From: Antechinus flavipes
Lineage: Eukaryota
Direction: 5' to 3'
DNA: 64,000 bases
Assembly (NCBI RefSeq): GCF_016432865.1
Contig: NC_067403.1
Coordinates: 254,882,001 to 254,946,000, forward strand
In this document: positions 39,121 to 51,379 of the stretch, piece by piece
Numbering within the stretch: position 1 is the first letter of the stretch
Layout of the letters: every line of letters starts with the position of its first letter
Translations under genes and position numbers: made by a program
The notes under the pieces: model-generated
What the model saw: the letters and a program-made list of their open reading frames with translations, nothing else
Database searches by the model: none
Told to the model about the DNA's origin: nothing

Positions 39121-42100
39121 TCAGTGGGAAGGACCGACGCTCCCTTTCCCCAAATTCCGCCCGAACCAAGACTGGAAGGTGCGGGTCCAGCCATGGCTCC
39201 GACGCATCTGGCTCGCAGTGCCTGCGCTCTTCGGGCGGGGAAGTCCCTGCAGGGGACGGGAGGGGGACAGAAAACAAGAGCAAAGGTTTAAGATTGGCCA
39301 TTTCGAGCATTTGTCCCGCCTCCCACCCAACTTCCGGCACTCCCCTTTCCCCTCGCTTCCATCCACTCGTTTTCCCCTCCCACTATCCCAGAGCGCCCTT
39401 TCGGAAGTTCTCGACTACAACGACCAGCATGCTCTGCGGCCACCGGGGCGCCCCCTACGGGTACCTTGAAGGTGCAATGGAACTCGTCGCTCATCCTGCG
39501 CAGCTCGCTGCCATAGTGCCGCGCCGCCCAGAGGATAGGGGGCGCTGAGCTGGAGCGGCCCCGGAAGAGGCCGCGCTCTTCCTCCCCCTCGGACCGCTCT
39601 GCCTCGACCTCCGCTTCGGGGCTCGCCTCCCGGGAGCCCTCCCGAAGTGGGGGGTAGGAGATCAGGCGAGGCCTGCCTGCGCCTGCGCCTGCAGAGGAAG
39701 CCGAGAGCGCCATTCATCCCTTTCTTCCCGTAGTCATCCACTTCCCCACTGTCATTAGTTCTCCCCCACAATAACCTCTCCAAGGCCTCCATCGCTTGTG
39801 TTGAAGCATTTCAGGAGCCCACTTCACTCATCTGATGTAAACTGTCACTCTCACACCCTCAACACATCCATCCAACGGGAGGCGCTGCCTTCTGGCCTGC
39901 TGCCTCTTCTGCCTCTCCTTCCCTTCCCCTCACCTACCCTTGAAACTGCCTTTTCTTCCTAATCTGCACTTATTAGGCACCTACTGTGTGCCCGGTACCA
40001 TGTGGTAAGGGCCGAGGATGCAAACAGAGGGAAAAAGCAGCCTCGTGTCCTCACGTCTGGCTTAGTCTACACCGCCCGCCTCTGCGAGCTCCAGCCCCTT
40101 CTTTGCCGCCTCTATCCCGAGGTCCTTAGTCTCATCTGGACCTTGTCATTAACTCCCCGACTGATTTCCTCAGAGACCTCTCCCTACCACGTGCACAAGA
40201 CACCTTCCAGGGAAAATCTGAGGGGCTCCTCTCCACGCAGCCCCCTAACTCATCTTGCACTTGGAGTCCGCTCACACCCCTGTGACGTCATGTGATTTGG
40301 GGGTCCCCTGACCTTGGGGCTTCTATTCCAGGGGTCTTCTGCCCTGTCTATCTGAAGACCACCCTTAATTCCTCTAGAGCTCACTTCCCAGCCTACCCTC
40401 CGACACGGAATGAACATCTATGATGGAAAGCCGTGTAAATGTATCTCCTCACTTCAGTCTCTTTACTGGATTTGAACCCTTGTCCGCTCAAAACTGGCAT
40501 CTCATTGCTTTTAATACCCTGCCCCTTGACTAGCAGATGGCTTCAGGCTCTTTTGAGATACGGGTCTGGGACTTTTGGGGTCCCCCTTCTCAACCTCGAC
40601 CCCCGCACCTGACAATATGCTAGTTAACTGTACTTACTTATTCCAGCTTTTCGGGGGGGAGCCAAAGGATGACTTTGCATTTAATCCTATTGAATTTCAC
40701 CACCCCTTAGGGGTCCCCATAAACCTTTCAGGGGTTGCCAGGGTCAAAACTATTTTCATAATACTAAGATATCTTAACTTCAAAGATGGTGACTATCGAT
40801 AAGACCCATATAAACGAAGGCTTTTTGGGGTCTCAGTCATTTTTAAGAGTGTCAAGATCTCCTGAGACCAAAAAGATCGGGAATCACTGCCCCGAATCAG
40901 TGTACAAAAAACATTTGTCGGCCCGGGGCCACTCACAGATGCTCAGGGGTATTTTAATGGGGACCTGGTACAGTACCATTGGACGAATGGCAACAACTCT
41001 ATCATGATGGCAATCCAACCAGTTCTAACGCCATCTAATTACATCATCCTGAAAATTCAGATCTCTTCTCTTCTACAAGAAGAGCATCGACCCTTTATCA
41101 AAAAAAGGCTTTGCTCGAAAACTGGCAAAACTGACCACGGGAATAGACAATGTTGGAAGAAAGTGCACTGGTGCATTGTTGGTGCAGCTGTGAAGTGATA
41201 CAACCATTCTGAAAAGCAATAAAGAATGATGCAAATCGGGCGACTAAATCGTCTGTACCCTTTGACCCAGAACTACTCCACTGTTTACCGTATACCCCAA
41301 AGATGTCATTGACAGAAAGAAAGGCCCTCTAAAGACCCCACTTTTTCCAGCAATACTTACCCACTGAGAAGAAGTCTCACAAAGGGGAGCGCACTCTACA
41401 TTAACTACTGATACACATAAGGAATACAGAGAACACGGTCTGATGGCAAGTGATCAGTCGGGTGAATGATATACAAAACGATTACAATGAAATAAATGAA
41501 AAGAACAACAATCAAAATAATCCAATGATACAGGGCAAAGCTGGCCCCAAGGAAGAGAGAGGAGAAGATGGAAGAGGCAGAGGTGGGGGGCTAGGGGTAC
41601 GGAATGGTGTACGTGGTAAAACATTTTTTGATGCACTGCTTGGTTTTGCTGAATTTTTTTCCTCTTCCTCTCAAAAATAATAATAAATAAAATATAAAAT
41701 AACAAAACATTTTACAAAGGACAGTTCTCTGGATGTGGGTGACAAAAACAAAAGATATAAACATCTTATATACTTCATCGTATTATTAAATATGTTATAA
41801 ACATATTTATTACATTTGTATTTTGCTGTGGCCTTTATAGGACCACAGACCTAGAGCGGGAAGGGCTCTCAGACTCATCTGCTCCTCATAATGCCCTTCA
41901 GAGCTGACTGCTATTATCACTCCCATTTTACAAAGGAGAAAACTGAGGCTTTCAGACCTGGGACTTGCCTAGGGTCACAACTGGGCAGTGTCAAAGGCAG
42001 GATTTGAAACCACGTCTCCCAGATCCATTCTCTGTTTCACGGTGCCTCCCCTGACTTAAATCCGGGGCTCCTGCTGCAAGGATGATGGTCATCCCGCCGT

Positions 42101-43854
42101 GGGATCGCCCCCTCCTCAAAAAGCTAGCGGCTTAGGCCCAGCAGAGCCTTCTTGGACAAGGTGGACTTTGGTTTGAGGGAAGGGAGGCTCATGGGTGGGG
42201 TGCTCAACAGAAACCATTATCTCCCGTCCTCCTGCTCTCAGCTGAAAACCTCAAGACAGGGGATCTGCCCAGCCCCCGACCTCAGTCAGAGGAGGGAAGG
42301 CCCAGATGACAAGGGGGAGGGGGAAGGGGGCTGCTCTCCTAAAGAAAGACCCGAGTTCCAATTCACCTCTGACAGCGTGTGGCCCCGGCCTGAGGAGGAG
42401 AGTACCCGCCCCTGCAAGGCAGCTTGGAGATCCTGAGTTCTGCTACTTGAGGGGCTCTGAGCCCCTCTCGGCCCGTGTCCTGCCGAGGCAGGGGAATCTT
42501 GGGCCAAAAAAAAGAAGTGTCGGGTGCTCTCAGGTCGGACTCCAAGAAGATGCCCCTTTCCTGTTCCTCCCCCTCCTCCTCTTTATCAATTTTATCAAAA
42601 GCTTAGCTTGAAAAAAGATAAAACTGACAAGCGGGAATAGACAACGTGGGAAGGAGTGCACTGGTACATTGTTGGTGGAGCTGTGAAGGGACATAGCTGC
42701 CCCTCTGCTGCCCAGCTCCCATCCTCTTCCTTCTCATTCTTTCTTTCCTTCCCCCCGCTTCCTTCTCCTTTTCCTCCTCTCCCTGCTGCTCTTCTTCTCC
42801 CCTCTCCCCTGCGTTACACCTGCTCTTCCAGTCCCAGGGGAGCCCATAGGGTGTGGGGACAGTCCAAGGAACTAAGAGCCTGGGCGGAAGAGCTCCGTTG
42901 GGCTGGCGGCCACCGTGGAGGGTGAGCTGTGCTAGGTGCCGGTCAGCCAACCCAGCGAGGGGGCCTGAAGTCCCTGGGCCTTCGGGAGACAAGGGACTTT
43001 GGTGAACTTGTATAAATGAAATAAGGATAAAGGAGATTGATCTTCATTCACTCAGCAAGCCAGAGTGCTGGGGAGGGGGAGGCACCTCTCACTGTTTCCC
43101 AGCATCCTCGGCCCCCAGACCCCCGCGCTCCCCAGCCTCTGTGACCTCACCCAATCGGAATGCAAGCCCCAGGCCGTCCGGGCCCAAAGGTTTGCAGAGC
43201 GAACAACAGGTTGGGCGTGGAGGGCGGGGAGCTGGCAGCTGCCTTCTTCCTGGGGCCGCCCCTCGATTTGGGGCTGACCAGAGCTAGGACAGGTGACCCA
43301 GGAAAAGGCCCCGCGGGCGGGCCCGAAACACAGGTCCCGGGACTGCACTGGGAGGTCCGAGGGCAGCGGAGTGCTGGGCTTTTCCAAGCCCCGTCCCTGG
43401 TGCCTCGGGAGCAGGGGGCTGGGTTTCTTTGAGATATAAGCCAGAGAAGGTGTGTTGGGCACAAATGGCTAAGCCAGGCCCTGGCCCTCAGGTAACAGTG
43501 ACCCCTGCTCCTGCTGACTAGCTGGGAGATGCTAAGGCTCAGTTTTCCCATCTGTAAAATGGAGATGAAAATAGCCCCAACTTCTCCTGGGCAGCCCCAA
43601 AGTCTCAGTGCGGTTTTAAAGCTCGTTAGGAGCTGGACAACCTTGGCCAGCCTACAGGCGGGGCATTCGGAGCCCTGTGGGATGGCAGTGACACCACAGA
43701 GAGGCGGGGGGTGGGGGTGGACGCACTTACCCTCATGGTGGTGGGCTCCAGGTGCTGCTCGGTGTCCTGGCCTGAGCGGGGCGAGGCTGGGGGCAGTGGA
43801 GGCAGAAGGGTCTTCTCCGGGCTCACTCGGCTCAAACTCGGGGATCTGAAACAT
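39121..43854 (-). CDS. BAD: BCL2-associated agonist of cell death, 157 aa
   Basis: Coding exons 43731-43854 ([11 protein letters not shown]...), 39465-39688 ([18 protein letters not shown]3 [18 protein letters not shown]) and 39121-39246 ([11 protein letters not shown]...[15 protein letters not shown]); phases 1 and 0 are consistent. Confidence 0.96.
39960..40620. mobile_element. L2 fragments in BAD intron
   Basis: gcacttattaggcacctactgtgtgcc...cctc is an L2 3' end (-), followed by pyrimidine-rich degenerate L2-like body. Confidence 0.5.
40690..40889 (+). mobile_element. hAT-Charlie-like non-autonomous DNA transposon remnant
   Basis: ggtcaaaactattttcataatactaag and tttaagagtgtcaagatctcctgagaccaaaaagatcgggaatcactg resemble recalled Charlie1-type ends, with terminal ...CACTG. 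Confidence 0.5.
41090..41830 (+). mobile_element. L1 ORF2 C-terminal fragment plus 3' tail
   Basis: gacaatgttggaag...gtgcattgttggtgcagctgtgaagtgatacaaccattctgaaaagcaat and gtaccctttgacccag...atacccc match the L1 HCWW...QP.WK and PFDP...IYP motifs; A-rich tail follows. Confidence 0.7.
41850..42050 (-). mobile_element. MIR/MIR3 SINE
   Basis: cccattttacaaaggagaaaactgagg...gacttgcctagggtcac...ggatttgaaacc. Confidence 0.7.
42590..42700 (+). mobile_element. Second copy of the same L1 ORF2 fragment
   Basis: Aligns by eye to 41093-41200. Confidence 0.6.
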
Positions 43855-45109
43855 GCTCACAGGGTGGGAGGCATCCTCCGGCCTGGGGAGGAGAGAGGAG
43901 GTGGGTGGCTGGGGGCAGGGGAAGGGGGGGAAGCCAGAGCCCTGAGGGAGAAGGAAGAGGCCGCTAGGTGCCATGGGGGAAGCAGGAGAGGAAATTCCGA
44001 GGAGGACCAGCTGGGTTCCTCTGTCCCTTGGCACCTGCTCGGCTCCAGCACTGTTTCTAACCTAATAGAAATGATTAGAAGGTAACAAGACATGGTCAGA
44101 GCCTGGGCGAGCCTTGCCTTCCCATCCTGCCCCTGATCCTAACTAGCCGAGTGACTCTGGGCAGGCTAAAGATGGCCGGCCATCCGCCTCCATGAGCGGG
44201 GCTCTCAATGTCACAAGCCAGGGACCTCTAGGGCTAAAGGAAACCGAGCCCCAAGGAGGTGAGGTCCAAGGGCAGAGGGAACACCCGGGCTCCCAACGTA
44301 CTGCTGCCTGACCCCAAGTCCTCTGGGGCCTCCGTTTTCCCATTTATAAGAGGAAGAACATTTTCACGCCCCCACCCCCTCCCGGCCAATGTGTTTGGAG
44401 CTGAAGGGGAGGGGGGCACTTTTTCAGTTTTTTGTGCCAGCGCCCTGCCTGTCAAACTGAGCCCAAGCTTAGCCCAAATCCCAGAGGAAGGTGGGCCACG
44501 ATCATCTCTAAGGCCAGGGAAATTGGACAAGCATCAGCCATCAGTCCCACAGTGGGCGCCCCACGCCCTGGGGTACATGGTCAGGAATGAAGCGTTCCTA
44601 CTCTAGAAGTGTTCCAGAGAAGGCATCCACAAGGGAGCGTGAGAACCCCCCCTCCCAGAACCCTCCGAGTGAGCCATCGGGGCCTTATCCCGACCCGGCA
44701 GGACCCACCGTGCCCGGTTCTGGCCATCACCTCTCTCCCCTTCCCGCTCTAGGAACCATAATCCCGTGGGCTGGACCACTGGGCCCGGAAGTGTCAGTCA
44801 ACCCACCTTCTGCCCTTCCCAGCCCTCCCTGCGGCCAGTGCTTTCTCCCACTGACCCAGTCAATAGCCCATCAACTGGCACCGGTGCCGGCCTGCTGTCT
44901 CCCCCTAGGGCTCCCTGAGGGCCTCTCTCTGTGTATTCCCGGAGGGAGGCTGGGCACTCAGCAGGTGTTTAATAAATGTCTGATGACTGACCCCGGTCAG
45001 GGAAGACCACACCTGTTAGGGAGTGTCCTTCTGACATCCTTGTTGGGTCGCTTGGCTCTTGTGACCCATGTGGAGTTTTCTTGGCAGAAACACTGCCATT
45101 TCCTCTCCA

Positions 45110-45245
45110 GCTCATTTTACAGATGAGCAAATTGAGGCAAGCCGGGTAAAGTGACTTACTACCCAGAGTCACACAGCTAGAAAGTCTGGGGCAGGATTTT
45201 AGCTTAGCAGATGACAGGCCCGGCACTCCTCTACTATTTCATGTA
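45110..45245 (-). mobile_element. MIR SINE
   Basis: cattttacagatgagcaaattgaggc...gtgacttactacccagagtcacacagctag. Confidence 0.7.
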
Positions 45246-45699
45246 GCTGCCCCCAGTCCCCAGTAGGTGCTTAATAAATGCTTGTTACCCCCATAATACC
45301 CTTGACATTCCAGTTCAAACTGCTACTTCCTGGCTCCCGCTCCCTGGTGATATCAGGGAGGCAACAAGCAATTATGAATTGCCTCCTATGTGCCAGGGCT
45401 AAGAGTTTCAGCTATAAAGGCTGAAGGCATGATCCAAGGGGAAGGCGTGAGGGGGGGGGGCTGCCCGCCCCCAGGAATGACTGACAGTTTTTGTGGTCCT
45501 GCCTTCGAGCACGTGGGTAGGATTTGAACCCGGGGCCCGCCTGGAGAGCCAGACTCTCTCTTCCTGGGGTACCAAGGTCACATGGGAAGCAAAGGGTCTA
45601 GCCCTGCTCCAGGGACTTCCAGGTCAAGGGTCCGGGGCTCCGCCCAGCTCCCTCCAGAAGGCTGAGCCCCGCTAAGAACTCACCTTTCTGCAGCCCGGG

Positions 45700-46800
45700 A
45701 GGAGCTGCCGGCCTCTCCCCACAACCTCGGGGCTCAATTCCACTTTCCCCCATTGGACCAAGGAGGGAACGCGGCCAAGGCCGCCCCCGACAGTAAGCTG
45801 GGCCAGGTAACTCAAGTCCAGTGCCCCAAGCGTGGTCGAGGGGGCGCCGGGGAAGGGCTGGGCTGCAACCTACACCGGCAGAGGGGGCCTCCACTCCGGG
45901 AGAACCCTTCCCTCCCAGCGGCCCCAGGAGGGGGAGGGGCCAAGCCTAACTTCCCCATTAAACGGAGGGAGAAACTGAGGCTCGGCGGTGGGACCGGGCC
46001 GGCTGTGCCTGCATCCCTCTCCATTTCCTTCCCCCAAGGCAGCCCCACGGGCTTCCCTCCCTCCGGACTCCCTCCCTCCCAGTCCCGGGGGTCTGGCTCC
46101 CCCGCAGCCCGGCCCGGGCTCGCCCTTGGCTGTGGCCGAGGGTGAAGGAGGCTTACCCGGATGGGCAGCCCCGGACTTCTCTCGCCCTCTCTCCCCGGCT
46201 CTCTCACTCTCTCTCTCCCCTCCTCTTTCCCTCCCTCCCGTTTTCGTGGGAGCCCAGCCCCCGTTGCCTGGGTGAGAGAAACTGTCACGAACCTAACCCA
46301 ATCAGCTCCCGCGATGTCAGCCCGGCTGGGAGGGAGGATGGGAGGAGGGGAAGAAAGAGTGGGGAGGGCCTCCCCTCCCCCACCCCGAGTCCCTGGCTCC
46401 TCCCCCCGCCCCTCTCCAGCCCCAGGCCCGGGGCAGGGGCAGGGGCCGGGACCCGGCCGGGCCGGCTTGCCCTCCCTCCCCCCCCGCCCCCCGCCCAGGC
46501 CCCTCTGGTTATTCTGGGTATTTTTGATTCTTCCTTCCTTCCTCTGAGCCTGAGCTTGCTTCCTTCGAGCATGGAGAGCTGGGGGGAGGTGGGGGGGGGG
46601 TGAGGGGGGGCGGCCGAGATTGCGGGAGCTTCGATTTCAAGCTGCCGGGGCCTCGGTTGTTATTTAATACCGCCCCCTCCCCCTCCAGCGCTGCCGAGCC
46701 CAGCCCCCCGAGCCCGCCCCCCCCCCCCTTCCTCCAGCCTGGACTCCCACCCCCTTCCTGGGCTGAGCCTCCTGGATACCTAGTATCCTCTCCCCTTGTG
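45700..46800. promoter_or_regulatory. Intragenic CpG island in BAD intron 1 (candidate alternative promoter or enhancer)
   Basis: CpG-rich with GC boxes; minus-strand donor CGG|GTAAGC at 46156. Confidence 0.45.
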
Positions 46801-47943
46801 TCGCTTGTTTTTCTCCGCTGAGGGGAAGCCCCCTGAGGGCAATTAACTTTCCCTTCTCAAGCGCTCAGTAAACGCGGCTTGGCCAGCGCGTCCACCGTGT
46901 GTCCAGAGGGAAACTGAGGGCCCGGAGGTGAAGACGCTGGCCCAGTCACTTAATTGGGGAGAAGAGGCCGCTGGAACCCCGCGGTCCCCTCCAAAGCCGG
47001 GCGGTTTGCCGGGGGTGGGGGAGGGGGGCCTCACTCTCCCTTTCGGGCCCCCACTTGTTCACCCCCTCCTGCTTGGTTCGGCCCAACCCAGAGTACTCCA
47101 GTGTGACCCAGTTAACGTCCTCGTCTGAGCGGAGGCCGTCGCGCCTTCCGTTAAAAAACGAGAGCGCCGTCTGGGAACCGTCTTGGGGGTGGAGGCCTTG
47201 GGTTCCAGGGCTACCTACCCCACCTTAGCTGTGTTTCTCCAAGCCTCAGTTCCCTCTTCTGTAAAATGGGCGGACCGCCAGGGCGGCTGGGGGGTTGGGG
47301 GAATGAGCAAAGGCTACTCGGGAAGCGCTCTCCCCGCCGGCCTCTTGACCCCCTGGCATCCTCAGTGCCAACTGAATCCCACGCTCCACAGGAAACCCCC
47401 TCTCCCTCGCTTCCGACTCGGCCTGGAGCTTGTTTGTGCGCGTTCGTTGGCTTGTTTCCCGCAGGTCGTGAGCTCCCCCACCGCGCAGGGGCAAGCCTTA
47501 GTTTCCTTTTGTCTCCCCAGCGCTTGGCCCGGGCCTAAGGCACAGTGTTAGCGGACTGACGGAACGACCGTTATAAGAATGGGGGTGAATAATAATAATA
47601 ATACTTGGTTGGGATCCGTGACTCTCACAACCTCCTGGACCACGGAAGGGGCAGCAGAACGTTGGAAACGGGCCCGTTAAGCACTGAACGAAACCCGAGT
47701 CCGAAGGCGGGAATCGTGGCTCCTTGGGAAGGCTGGGGGGGCCTGGAAACGGCCCTTCTGGCTGCGGGCTCGACTAAGACGGCCGAGTGCTTTTGCCGTT
47801 TCCTTCTGCAGATCATTTTGTAAATGAGGAAACTGAGGCAGGCAGGATGGAGGGACCTGCTCAGGGTCACACAGCTAGGAAGTGTCTGAGGCTGGATCTG
47901 ATCGCCCCCTAGAGGCTCATAATAATTATAAGTGTAACCACAT

Positions 47944-48195
47944 GGGACCGCTAGGTGGCGCCATAGTTCGTAAGAACCAGGAAGAATTCCTGAGGTAAAA
48001 TTTGATGTCAGACACTTCCTAGTGCGTGTGTGAGACCCCTGGTCTAGTCACTTAACCTTGTTGCCTCAGTTTCCTCCTCTGTAAAATGAACTGCAGAAGG
48101 GAATGGCGAACCCCTCCAGTATTCTGCCAAGAAAGCCCCAAATGAGGTCACGAAGAGCGGTGGGAAGGACCGAAAGGACTCAACAACAACAGAAA
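47944..48195 (+). mobile_element. Near full-length MAR1-type SINE
   Basis: Head gggaccgctaggtggcgc, CORE gcctcagtttcctcctctgtaaaatga, RTE-like tail gaagggaatggcgaacccctccagtattctgccaagaaagccccaaatgaggtcacgaagag...caacaacaa. Confidence 0.8.
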
Positions 48196-48905
48196 ATAGT
48201 TCCCCTTCCTCTCTGTGCCTTGGGAGTCCCAAGCGGCTAAAAGACCTCTGGGAAATAAAGGGGAAGGTCCCCGGATGCAAAATAGGCCTTCCCGGCTTTG
48301 CCAAGAAGAAGCCATTTACCCTCAGACCGAGTTTCTGGGGCGCAGATCGAGGTCCTGCCTTTGGCCCAGCATCCTTCCCTGTAAAATACCAGGCCCTGAA
48401 TGGCTCCAACTGCATGGGGCCGGATCATTTTAGGGCAAACAGTCTGTCCAAATTAAAAACAAAACAACCCACAATGATTGAATTTACTGAGTGTAAGACA
48501 CTGTTGTAAATTCTGGGGGTTCAAAAAAAGGGGAAAAATAATAATTTACCTGCTTTACATTCTCATAGGGGAGAGAAGTAAATCACTGGTGCTTCTTAGG
48601 CAATGTCCACAGTAAATTAGGGGTTCACCTCAAGGAAGGCTCTAGCAGCTGCAGAAACCTGGGGAGGTCTGAAAAAGGTGGGGTTGGAGGGCAGTCAGTC
48701 AGTCGACAATCATTTATTTATTTTTTAGCTTTTGATTTTCAAAATATATGCATGATTTTCCACATTCCCCCTTTCCAAACCTTGTGTTTTAAATTTTTTC
48801 TCCCTCCCTTCCATCGCCCCCTTCCTTAGACAGCAAGTAATCCAATATATTCACTGCACTCACTAGTGTAAAGGCAAAAATAAAGTCCCTGCTTACTGGA
48901 AGAGA

Positions 48906-48906
<1 letters not shown>

Positions 48907-48951
<45 letters not shown>
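48907..48951 (+). repeat. (CA)n microsatellite, ~22 units
   Basis: Direct reading. Confidence 0.98.
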
Positions 48952-48953
<2 letters not shown>

Positions 48954-49051
48954 TATACACAGTGCAAATGGGAGGTTATTCCAGAGGGAATAGAGGCAGG
49001 GATGACCTGGAAAGGCCCCTTGCAGAAGGTGGGTTTTGAAATAAGTCTTGA

Positions 49052-49155
49052 GGGGCAGCTAGGTGGCGCAATGGATAGAGCGCCAGCCCTGAAGTCAGGA
49101 GGACCTGAGTTCAAATCTTCTTAACACTTCCTTAGCTGTGTGACCCTGGGCAAGT
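49052..49155 (+). mobile_element. WSINE1-like short marsupial SINE
   Basis: ggggcagctaggtggcgcaatggatagagcgccagccctgaagtcaggaggacctgagttcaaatc...gctgtgtgaccctgggcaagtcacttaaccccaattgcctc, with intact A and B boxes. Confidence 0.85.
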
Positions 49156-50414
49156 CACTTAACCCCAATTGCCTCATGGGGAATAAAAGAGTCTTGAAGA
49201 AAGGCAGATAAACCAGGAGGCAGAAGTAAGGAGAGAGGGTGTTCCCAGCTCAGATCCGTGCAAGGGCCTGGAGTCTGGAGAGGAGTTATCTTGTAAGAGG
49301 AAGTCAGGCGGCCAGTGGAGGTAGATTCCAGAGCAGGACTCCTTAAACTTTTCCCGCTCTCGACACCTTTTCATCGGAAAAACTTTTACAAATCATTCAC
49401 TACTCATCATAATTTCCCGACTCCCACATTCAGTTATGGGTGGAGGTTTAGGAAGCTGGGTCCTAGAGTCCTATGGAGGTAAAGAAATTGTCACAGACCG
49501 GAAGGGACTCTATTGGGGGGATCGAGTGAGGTGTTTTTAGGATGCCGGAGGCACGGGCTCGTTTGCAGGCCGCTGGAAAGGGTCGGGCGACTGGCAGGGA
49601 CCGAAGAGAAGAAAAGGAGGCTCTGGAGAGACAAGGAACAGCTTCTGGGGAGGGTGGGGAGAAGCAAAGGTTAGCTTTGTGGCAGGGAGAGTTCAGTTCC
49701 GATAAGATAGCGCCAGTTGGGATTTCCTCCAGCACCCGCTACCAAAGCACTGGAGCAAAGGAGGCAGAAGGGGGAGCCGTCCGGCCCTGGGGCTTGGCCA
49801 GGTGTGGTCGACCACAGGACTCGGAGGCTAGCGGAGAAGCCTTTGTTGAGTTGGTCCAACTAGGGGTGGAGATAAACAGGAAGATCCTGTGCCTGCCATG
49901 ATCTCATGAGCCATGAGGGAAAAGATGGAACAATGGGATCAAAGAATCTGGGAGTGTGGTGGGTGATGGGAAGGTCAAGGGGATGGCCATCCATCTCTTC
50001 TTTGGACAGCTGGGGTGTGACGGAGGCTTGGGTCAGAGAAATTGAGGGAGTTGAGGAACCAGGAAGTTTGGGCCTTTGCGGTGGGAGCATGTTTGGAGTT
50101 TCCTAGGATGGGAAGAGATGGGCAGGAGAGAAAGGCTACAAACCTAGCCCAGAATTCTCTGAGGAAACCAGGGCTGGGCATTTGGATAAGTGGAAGGCAG
50201 AGTGGAGGCCCTTTCTCAGGGTGGGCTTTGAATCAGGAAGCAAGGGCCAGAGCTCTTCTCCTGCCTGCACTTGGCCAGCCTCTGAATTAAGGCGCCCAAG
50301 CAAAGAAGCCCCTAAACTACGGGTCCTTGCCCTAGCTGAAAGAACACAGCAGGCCTCCAGCTCAAAAAGTACAGTGCCAGTGAAAGGATGTATTTAGAGG
50401 GTGTGGGTGTGTGT

Positions 50415-50750
50415 GTGAGAATCAGGATTAAGTGATTTGTCCAGAGTCACACAGCTGAGTTTCTGAGGACAAATTTGCAATCAGGTCTTTCTGATTCCAG
50501 ACCGGGCACTCTATGCACTGTGCCACCAGAATAAGCATTTATTATGCACTTACTATGTGCCAGGCTCTACATATCTGAATTTATTTGTCTTTACAACCAC
50601 CTTTGGAGGTAGGTGCTATTTTCATCCTCATTTTACAGATGAGGAAATGAGGTTAAGTGACTCGCCCAGGGTCACATAGCTAGTAAATTTCTGAGGCTGG
50701 ATTTGAACTCGGGTCTTCTTGGCATCAGACACAGCACTTTATCCACTTCA
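50415..50750 (-). mobile_element. Tandem MIR SINEs
   Basis: cattttacagatgaggaaatgaggttaagtgactcgcccagggtcacatagctagtaa...ggatttgaactcgggtctt. Confidence 0.8.
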
Positions 50751-51379
50751 CAACCAGATGCCTGTGAAGGTGATGAAGGACCAGTGGAAGGGGTAATCTG
50801 GGCCAGCCAAGGCACTGGCTTACGGGGAACAGAGGAAGGGCTTGTCCATCTCCCGCACGGTGCTCTTCCCGGGGATCCCCTAGAGAAAGGGCGCTGAGAC
50901 CCTTCCCTTTCGTGCCGAGTCACCTCGGCCACCCCAGGGCCTTGTACCGCACCGGCTTCGGGGGATGCCCCCTCTGTCCCTGCGTGTGTGTGCCCCGAGT
51001 GTCTATGGGAATGCTTCGTCCCGATTCCGTGTTTGCTGTAGCATTTCATTTAAGCATCTTCGCCGGAGAAGGGAGGATAAAACGGGACACTTGTAAAGCT
51101 CTTTGCAAACCTTCGATTACCGGCTGTTGTGAAAGGGTAGCCCACCGGTGGGGGCTCGCGGCTTAGTGTTTTGGGTTACCCCTAGAACTGCTCCTCAGCG
51201 CCCCCTAGCGCGCAGATGGGGAAGCGAGCCCAGAGTGCCGCTACAATTGTAATCAAGAGCTCCTATCATTAATTGCAAGGTATCCGTCAAGATTATTAGT
51301 CCAATTCAAAAGCGCTCCGACTCTAGGCTCCTCCCGGGGATGCACAGACAGAACTCCCGCAAAACCAAGGGTTAACTTC

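Larger units (their letters stand above)
48430..50300 (-). mobile_element. Fragmented L2 interrupted by an L1 3' UTR piece (48715-48850), (CA)n and a SINE
   Basis: L2-like purine-rich stretches; ttttcaaaatatatgcatg...ccttgtgttttaaatttttt...gcaagtaatccaatatat resembles marsupial L1 3' ends. Confidence 0.55.

Noticed and set aside
43855-44034. Rodent-like long N-terminal BAD isoform from in-frame ATG at 43974
   Set aside because: Crosses a polypyrimidine tract and the acceptor at 43883-43884, so most likely intronic; no similarity to the recalled mouse extension.
49052-49120. tRNA gene
   Set aside because: A and B boxes belong to a tRNA-derived SINE head followed by the CORE segment; no cloverleaf 3' half.
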